Assembly: GCA_001775995.1 (NCBI GenBank)
Contig: MEZH01000012.1
Coordinates: 12,031 to 24,234, forward strand
Source of the DNA: Candidatus Bathyarchaeota archaeon RBG_16_48_13
GTDB lineage: Archaea > Thermoproteota > Bathyarchaeia > RBG-16-48-13
Reading direction: 5' to 3'
Length of the DNA: 12,204 nt
Shown: positions 6,638-12,204 of the stretch, piece by piece
Layout of the letters: every line of letters starts with the position of its first letter
Position numbering within the stretch: the stretch's first letter is position 1
Notes under the pieces: generated by a model
The model's database searches: none
Told to the model about the DNA's origin: nothing
The model's input: the letters and a program-made list of their open reading frames with translations, nothing else
Translations under genes and position numbers: made by a program

Positions 6638-6687
6638 CGCAAAATCACGTGGACAACAGACGACTTCGATCGGAGGAAAGGGAATTT

Positions 6688-8199
6688 ATGTCGGACGAAA
6701 GAGGAGCCGAAAAGCTGCGAAGCTATGAGGAGATAAACGGTAAAATAACCAGCGGCGACGCCACAATACTAACCGCAGACGAATTCGTAGATTACGTCCA
6801 AAGAAAAGGACTGAAAGCCGCCGCCAAAGAAGTGGACGTCGTAACGACTGGAACCTTCGGAGCCATGTGCAGCTCCGGCGCCTTTCTCAATCTTGGTCAC
6901 TCTGAACCTCCAATAAAAATGATAAAGTGCTGGCTCAACGATGTGCCAGCTTACAAAGGCCTCGCCGCCGTTGACGCTTATCTAGGCGCGACCGCCTTTA
7001 GCGAAACCCGGGGAATCGAATACGGCGGAGGCCACGTCCTGGAGGACTTGGTAAGCCGCAAGGATGTGGAGTTGAGGAGAGAGGGATATGGCACTGATTG
7101 CTATCCCAGAAAGAGCATCGAAACCACAGTAAATATCGACGAATTGAACCAAGCCATACTTCTAAACCCGAGAAACGCCTACGAGCATTACAATGCAGCC
7201 ACCAATAGCACTGAGAGCATTATCCACACGTACATGGGCACTCTGCTCCCCAGATATGGGAATGTCACTTACTCAGGTGCTGGCCAACTGAGCCCCTTGT
7301 ACAAGGACTTGGACTACGAGACACTTGGCATCGGAACGAGAATCTTCTTGGGCGGGGGCGTGGGCTATGTGGTCGGGGAAGGGACTCAGCATAGTCCTCA
7401 GAATCAATTTGGAACGCTGATGGTTCGTGGCGACCTCAGAAAAATGACCCCGCGTTTTCTTAGAGGTGCAACTTTTCACAAGTATGGTCCAACTCTCTAC
7501 GTGGGGCTGGGGGTTCCAATTCCCATCATAAACGAAAAAGTGGCAGCCTCCGCTGCTCTCACGGATGAGAATATCTACACAGATATCCTGGACTACGGCG
7601 TTCCATCAAGAAATAGACCCATCATAAAGAGAGTCTCCTACGCCGATCTAAAAGAGGGCGAGATAGAACTAGATGGCAAGTCCACCAGAGCCTCACCGCT
7701 CTCGAGTTTCAAGTACGCTAAGGAGATAGCGGAGACGTTGAAGGCATGGATAGTACGGGGCGATTTTCTGTTGAATAGACCAGCCGAGCTTCTTCCAACC
7801 TACAGAGAATTAAGGCTCCTCGAAGTCAAGAAACCTGAGCCCAGGGTCAAGGACATAATGACCAAGAATGTTGTCACAGCCAAGCCCTCGGATAATATCA
7901 AGGATGTGGCGAAGATGCTCGTTGCCCACGCTATAGATCATCTGCCCATCGTTGAGGAAGGAAAGCTGAAGGGCATAGTGACTTCTTGGGACTTGGCAAG
8001 AGCTCTCGCTGAGGACAAGGTGAGGCTCAACGAAATAATGACAACAAAAGTCGTCACAGCCCTCGAGACGGAGTCCGTTGACATAGTAGCTCGACGCCTG
8101 GATCGGCACAATATCTCTGGCGCCCCTGTCGTCGACAGCGAAAACCGTATACTCGGCATCGTCACTATAAGAGACCTAGCAAGCCTTCTGAGGAGGTAA
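6688..8199 (+). CDS. Homocysteine biosynthesis protein (L-aspartate semialdehyde sulfurtransferase; DUF39 + tandem CBS; MA1821/MJ0100-like), 503 aa
   Basis: DVVTTGTFGAMCSSGAF (Cys61), AYKGLAAVDAYLGAT, YGGGHVLEDL, GYGTDCYPRK (Cys138), NPRNAYEHY, IHTYMGTLLP, GTQH and GVPIPI, plus two C-terminal CBS repeats (DIMTKNVVTA..., EIMTTKVVTA...). The GTG at 6649 would lie upstream of the predicted TSS. Confidence 0.93.
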   Translation: MSDERGAEKLRSYEEINGKITSGDATILTADEFVDYVQRKGLKAAAKEVDVVTTGTFGAMCSSGAFLNLGHSEPPIKMIKCWLNDVPAYKGLAAVDAYLGATAFSETRGIEYGGGHVLEDLVSRKDVELRREGYGTDCYPRKSIETTVNIDELNQAILLNPRNAYEHYNAATNSTESIIHTYMGTLLPRYGNVTYSGAGQLSPLYKDLDYETLGIGTRIFLGGGVGYVVGEGTQHSPQNQFGTLMVRGDLRKMTPRFLRGATFHKYGPTLYVGLGVPIPIINEKVAASAALTDENIYTDILDYGVPSRNRPIIKRVSYADLKEGEIELDGKSTRASPLSSFKYAKEIAETLKAWIVRGDFLLNRPAELLPTYRELRLLEVKKPEPRVKDIMTKNVVTAKPSDNIKDVAKMLVAHAIDHLPIVEEGKLKGIVTSWDLARALAEDKVRLNEIMTTKVVTALETESVDIVARRLDRHNISGAPVVDSENRILGIVTIRDLASLLRR

Positions 8200-8205
8200 T
8201 GTGAA

Positions 8206-8595
8206 TTGAAGCTGAAACTCTCGTACAACTACGAGAATTCTGGAAAACCGATCATCTCAGAGATCATACTTAAGATGAAGACACCCATCAACATCTTGGA
8301 GGCCAAGCTCAATCAGGATTCAGGGGAGATGATTGTAGACATACCTGCCTCTGACAGGCAACTTGCATCCATCATAGACTTGTTCGGGGAGGCAGGCGTG
8401 ACGGTCAAGGAGCTGACACAATTCATCGAGATTGACAGAACGAGTTGCACTTCATGCGGAGCCTGCGTCTCATCTTGCCCTGTCCAAGCCATAAACCAGA
8501 TGCCGGATTGGGAGGTCGAGTATGATGACAAAAAATGCATCAGATGCAGAATATGCATCACAGCTTGCCCCTTTGCCGCCATAGATCTTACATGA
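8206..8595 (+). CDS. NIL domain + 2x[4Fe-4S] ferredoxin (iron-sulfur partner of the DUF39 enzyme; MA1822-like), 129 aa
   Basis: NIL-type KPIISEIIL...INILEA N-terminus, followed by CTSCGACVSSCP and CIRCRICITACP. TTG start with AGGAGGT overlapping the upstream stop. Confidence 0.92.
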   Translation: MKLKLSYNYENSGKPIISEIILKMKTPINILEAKLNQDSGEMIVDIPASDRQLASIIDLFGEAGVTVKELTQFIEIDRTSCTSCGACVSSCPVQAINQMPDWEVEYDDKKCIRCRICITACPFAAIDLT

Positions 8596-8605
8596 TGGGG
8601 AGCGA

Positions 8606-9397
8606 GTGGAGACGAACAGCCACATATCATCTGAGAGAGGTATCTACCGTCTCAGAAGGATAATAGAACAGTCAAACATACTCGTATTGAGCGACCGGAC
8701 CAAGGCAATAGAAGTCGCCTTTGAATCTTTTCTAGAGAATAGGCGGCAGTTGGTGGACTACATCAGGTTCCACCCCGAGTACGAATACTCATTGATTCCT
8801 TTGGAAGTTGAGTTGTCAGCGCCAAGGGTGGCAAAGATAGCTGCCGAAGCGAGCAAAAACGCGGAGGTCGGTCCCATGGCCGCCGTCCCGGGAGCCTTGG
8901 CCGATTTGGCGTTGGAAGAAATGATGGCTGTGGGCGCATCGGTATGCCTCGTGGAAAACGGAGGCGAAGTATCGGCAAGATCCTGCCGCCCCCTAAGAGT
9001 TGGAGTCTACACTGGAGGGACGGGACTCTCTGGGAAATTCGGCTTCCTCCTAGAGCAAGAGGACTTTCCCATAGGCATATCAACCAGTTCTGCCACAGTG
9101 AGCCATGCCATTAACTTCGGACAGAGCGACGCCACCGTTGTGTTTGCGGATGGCGCAGCCACGGCGGACGCAGCGGCTACTGCCGTCTCCAACTCTGTGA
9201 ATGGAAAGGACGTTACCGTCTCCCTCCATAAGGGTCTGAACACTGCAAAAGGAATAAGGGGCGTTCGCGGAGCACTCATCATTCGAGGGGAAAATGTAGG
9301 GACTATTGGCGTGATGCCTAAGATTCTCAGTGTGGAAGGGAGCCTCGACGAGCTTTTCGAGGCAGATTTATACGATACCCTCCCAGTAAAGTCATAA
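8606..9397 (+). CDS. UPF0280 / COG2122 ApbE-superfamily protein (MA1715-like sulfide-assimilation factor), 263 aa
   Basis: VGPMAAVPGALAD, VENGGE, GISTSSATVSH..FG..DA..V and ADAAATAVSN motifs. Starts 10 nt after the ferredoxin stop. Confidence 0.88.
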   Translation: METNSHISSERGIYRLRRIIEQSNILVLSDRTKAIEVAFESFLENRRQLVDYIRFHPEYEYSLIPLEVELSAPRVAKIAAEASKNAEVGPMAAVPGALADLALEEMMAVGASVCLVENGGEVSARSCRPLRVGVYTGGTGLSGKFGFLLEQEDFPIGISTSSATVSHAINFGQSDATVVFADGAATADAAATAVSNSVNGKDVTVSLHKGLNTAKGIRGVRGALIIRGENVGTIGVMPKILSVEGSLDELFEADLYDTLPVKS

Positions 9398-9434
9398 ATC
9401 CAATAGATCACCCAATAATCAGGAAAAAAGTGTT

Positions 9435-10070
9435 TTGAACGAGATCTATCAACTTGGCATAGGTTTCATAGTGGCTTTGTCTGGCGTCCTTATACCTGGT
9501 CCTCTACTGGTCTTCGTCATATCAAAGTCAATTTCGCAGGGGGCCAAGGCGGGACCCCTTGCCACCATCGGTCATGTAATTGTTGAACTGGGACTAATGG
9601 CGGCTCTTTTCCTGGGGCTCAGTTTGATCCTTAATGAGCCTATCGTTCAAAGCGCCGTGGGGACCTTAGGTGGAGGCCTGCTGATAATCTTCGGTCTTGT
9701 TAACGTCCTCAAAGCCAGGAGCAGTCAGGGAAACAATAGCGGGCCTTCAACCTTCAAGCACAATACCGTCATCGGTAGCATTCTCTTCAGTTCAATCCTT
9801 AATCCGAGTGTGCCACTCTGGTGGACGACCATCGGCCTAGCGATGTTGATGGAGGCGTTCCTCACGACTTCAATCTTGGGGGTGGCTCTCTGGTTGCTCG
9901 GTCACTTCTTAGCTGATCTATCGTGGTATTCTCTCGTCTCATATCTTGTCTCCAAGGGGAGGAAAATCAGACAAGATCTCATCTATAAGATAATCATTAT
10001 CGCCTGCGGCCTCGTTCTAATCTTCTTTGGCGTGACTTTCATCCTGAAGTATGGACCTTTGCTCTTCTAG
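9435..10070 (+). CDS. LysE/RhtB-family amino-acid exporter, 211 aa
   Basis: SGVLIPGPL, GHVIVE, LNPSVPLWW and GHFLADLSWY motifs with about six hydrophobic segments. Starts 37 nt after the UPF0280 stop. Confidence 0.88.
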   Translation: MNEIYQLGIGFIVALSGVLIPGPLLVFVISKSISQGAKAGPLATIGHVIVELGLMAALFLGLSLILNEPIVQSAVGTLGGGLLIIFGLVNVLKARSSQGNNSGPSTFKHNTVIGSILFSSILNPSVPLWWTTIGLAMLMEAFLTTSILGVALWLLGHFLADLSWYSLVSYLVSKGRKIRQDLIYKIIIIACGLVLIFFGVTFILKYGPLLF

Positions 10071-10098
10071 AGTCTCAATTTGCGGGGACATGTTGGTT

Positions 10099-10830
10099 CT
10101 ACCAAACCATTCTGCCAGCAATAAAGGCCGCCGTCCGTTCATCTTTCGGATTCGCGTATATTTCCGCCGTATCTCCAACTTCCACTAGTTCTCCGTCCAA
10201 TAGGAAGGCGATTCTAGTTGCCAAGCGTCTTGCTTGATTCAGATTATGCGTGGCTATGATTACTGACGTTCTTGACTCGACGTTGGCGCGCCTCACTAAT
10301 CCCTCTATTATCTCGACGTTCTTCGGGTCCAAGTTGGCTGTTGCTTCATCAAGAAGCAAAACTTTCGGTTGGACCACAAGGGCTCTAGCCAGGGCAACCC
10401 TCTGGGCTTCGCCTCCCGAAAGTGTATTTGCTCGTCTCTTTTCCAATTCAGAAAGCTTGACAAGGCCAAGCATGTCGCGCACGCGTGTCTCGATCTCTCT
10501 CTTGCCGAATCCGCGTATCTTCAACCCCAAAGCTACATTGTTGAAAATGTTCGTGTCGAAAAGCGCAGAGTACTGGAAGACCATAGCAGTCTGTGTTCTG
10601 AGGCGACGTCTATGCTCTTGGCTTCCCTCCGCATTCACCCCTTGGATCGTTATGATGCCAGAGTCCGGATGGATCAGAAGTGAGACAAGCCTCAGAAGAG
10701 TTGTCTTTCCCGACCCGCTCGGCCCTACTATGCCCAACACTTCCCCATCTCGGAGGTCGAGGTTGACCTCCTTTACGGCAACCTTGCCATCAAAAGTCTT
10801 CGAAATACCGTTTATTGTGACCGCTGACAT
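10099..10830 (-). CDS. tupC: ABC transporter ATP-binding subunit of the tungstate-type system, 243 aa
   Basis: Walker A GPSGSGKT, Q-loop MVFQ, signature LSGGEAQR, Walker B LLLDE and H-loop ATHN. Directly downstream of tupB. Confidence 0.85.
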   Translation of the reverse strand: MSAVTINGISKTFDGKVAVKEVNLDLRDGEVLGIVGPSGSGKTTLLRLVSLLIHPDSGIITIQGVNAEGSQEHRRRLRTQTAMVFQYSALFDTNIFNNVALGLKIRGFGKREIETRVRDMLGLVKLSELEKRRANTLSGGEAQRVALARALVVQPKVLLLDEATANLDPKNVEIIEGLVRRANVESRTSVIIATHNLNQARRLATRIAFLLDGELVEVGDTAEIYANPKDERTAAFIAGRMVW

Positions 10831-10853
10831 TTTCCATCACTGCACCATTTTGC

Positions 10854-11579
10854 CTATTTTCTTGTCACGAATAAGCCTGACTTGGTTTTGACTTGAAGAA
10901 GAGTCAGGACCACGTTGATGGAGAAAGCCATGATCAACAGTACCATGCCTAGCGCTATGGCTTCCACGAAATCGCCCTGGTTAGTCAGAAGAACTATTGC
11001 GGTGGTCAGAGCCCTCGTGTATCCTAGCAGGTTTCCACCCACCATCATTATCGCACCGACCTCGGAAATTGCCGCCCCAAAACCTACGACAACCGAGGTG
11101 ATCAGCCCGAGACGCGCCTCATTTAGAACGACCCGTATTTGTTGGATGTTGTCTGCCCCAAGTGATACCGATGCCTCCCTCACTCTTGGATCGACGCTAG
11201 TTATCGAAGATAGAGAGACACCTGCTATGACTGGGGTGGCCATGAGGACCTGTGCGATTATCATAGCCTCTGGCGTGTAAAGCAGACGAAAAAACCCCAG
11301 AGGCCCGTAACTTGAAAGAAGGAGATACAATACCAGCCCAACTACGACAGGAGGCAGGCCCATCAGGGTGTTTAGTAGGCTAACGACAAGCGCTTTGCCG
11401 CGAAATGCGCTGAGTGCAATGATTGTGCCGACAGGGATTCCGATCAATGCGGCTATGAGGACCGCCGACCCGGAAACCCTCAGGGACAAGAAGGTTATTC
11501 GGAGGACCTCTGGATCGCCGGACAGAATCAGCTGGAAAGCCCTGACGATCCCCTGGAATAGTTCATCCCAACCAGCCAC
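10854..11579 (-). CDS. tupB: Tungstate-type ABC transporter permease, 241 aa
   Basis: TupB-typical SLRVSGSAVLIAALIG.P.G, NTLMGLPPVVVGL, LLYTPEAMIIAQ, EAA-like loop REASVSLGA, AISEVGAIMMVGGN and TRALTTAI. GTG start with AGGAG upstream. Confidence 0.9.
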   Translation of the reverse strand: MAGWDELFQGIVRAFQLILSGDPEVLRITFLSLRVSGSAVLIAALIGIPVGTIIALSAFRGKALVVSLLNTLMGLPPVVVGLVLYLLLSSYGPLGFFRLLYTPEAMIIAQVLMATPVIAGVSLSSITSVDPRVREASVSLGADNIQQIRVVLNEARLGLITSVVVGFGAAISEVGAIMMVGGNLLGYTRALTTAIVLLTNQGDFVEAIALGMVLLIMAFSINVVLTLLQVKTKSGLFVTRK

Positions 11580-11600
11580 CTGAATTAGCTCCTTGGCCGA

Positions 11601-12204
11601 TTATTCATCGGGTGGGTAGATGACGGAAACGACCAGAGAAGAGACCCAGCTTGGCGGACTCATGTTATTGTCCGCGAGCTGTTGTTTCCAGTAATCCACT
11701 TCACCTTGTTCTGAGGCCAGTCTAATCATTTGAGGTCTGCCGAATAGGGGGGTGAAAATCTTTGTCCCTCCGGCTGTGAAGTCTCCTATTAGGGTCTGGC
11801 CTTGATCTGAGATCATGAAGAGGAAGAACTTCTCCGCCAATTCTGAATTAATGTTGGGGTACCTCGTGGAGTTGAGTATTATCAATCCATATGGGTTTAC
11901 CAGTGCGATGTCGCCCTGTGCCAACAGCACGAGACTCAGATCTGCTCCCATCTGCGCCTTCAACGCAATGAAAGTGCTGTTGTCAGTAAGCGTGTACCCC
12001 TGCTTCTTCTCTCCACCCACCTGCACTCCCTCATTCGCTATCCTTATCGTCGGAGCCATGCCTTGTCCCGCCGAATAATACCAGCTCCCCGTTGGAGCTT
12101 TCTGCGCCTGAGTGATCCCAGCCTTTGTCCATAACCTCAGCTCCGCCGCGTTGGTGCCAGATTTATCACCCCTAGAAATGAAAGCTGTCAGGTTCGCGCT
12201 GCCA
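11601..12204 (-). CDS. tupA: Tungstate-type ABC substrate-binding protein; 5' part lies beyond the right edge
   Basis: The frame of the 11601..12059 ORF stays open to the edge and reads ...FISRGDKSGTNAAELRLW...WYYSAGQGMAPTIRIANE...YTLTDNSTF...LVNPYGLIILN, all TupA-family motifs. Confidence 0.88.
   Translation of the reverse strand, partial: GSANLTAFISRGDKSGTNAAELRLWTKAGITQAQKAPTGSWYYSAGQGMAPTIRIANEGVQVGGEKKQGYTLTDNSTFIALKAQMGADLSLVLLAQGDIALVNPYGLIILNSTRYPNINSELAEKFFLFMISDQGQTLIGDFTAGGTKIFTPLFGRPQMIRLASEQGEVDYWKQQLADNNMSPPSWVSSLVVSVIYPPDE

Noticed and set aside
8593-8634. TGA readthrough (selenocysteine) at the end of the NIL-ferredoxin
   Set aside because: The TGA falls where the domain normally ends, is not at a Cys-equivalent position, and readthrough adds only a short non-conserved tail overlapping the next gene.
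254-12078. Numerous overlapping alternative-frame or antisense ORFs in the track (e.g. 2479..3027, 3268..3747, 5362..5823, 10250..10891, 10915..11280)
   Set aside because: They lie within confidently identified genes, show no recognisable motifs, and are typical shadow ORFs.
1-12204. CRISPR arrays, tRNA/rRNA genes, IS elements or tandem repeats
   Set aside because: No regularly spaced repeats, cloverleaf or rRNA-like segments, transposase ORFs or terminal inverted repeats were seen by eye. A dedicated scan was not possible.

Overview
Archaeal chromosomal window with TATA/BRE-like promoters and GGAGG/GGTGA ribosome-binding sites. A TACK lineage such as Bathyarchaeia is plausible, but that is inference from protein style and gene content. 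Left to right: the truncated start of a CxxC zinc-ribbon-like ORF (-); homocitrate synthase with a C-terminal Lrp/AsnC (RAM) domain (-); a bacterioferritin-like gene broken by a 1-nt deletion (+); a large multi-TM PTPS-related/GT-C-like membrane protein (+); a DNA topoisomerase VI subunit A with no adjacent subunit B (-); and a pyruvate-kinase-C-terminal-like COG1751 protein (-). That last gene is divergent from a putative four-gene sulfur-assimilation operon: DUF39-CBS homocysteine synthase, NIL-ferredoxin, UPF0280/COG2122 ApbE-like protein and a LysE-family exporter (+). A convergent tungstate-type ABC transporter tupA(partial)-tupB-tupC (-) ends the window. No rRNA, tRNA, CRISPR array or mobile element is visible. 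The most interesting items are the sulfur module with its two extra partners and palindromic promoter, the orphan top6A, and the ferritin frameshift at a CC(T)GG site. All family assignments come from motif recognition, not database searches.
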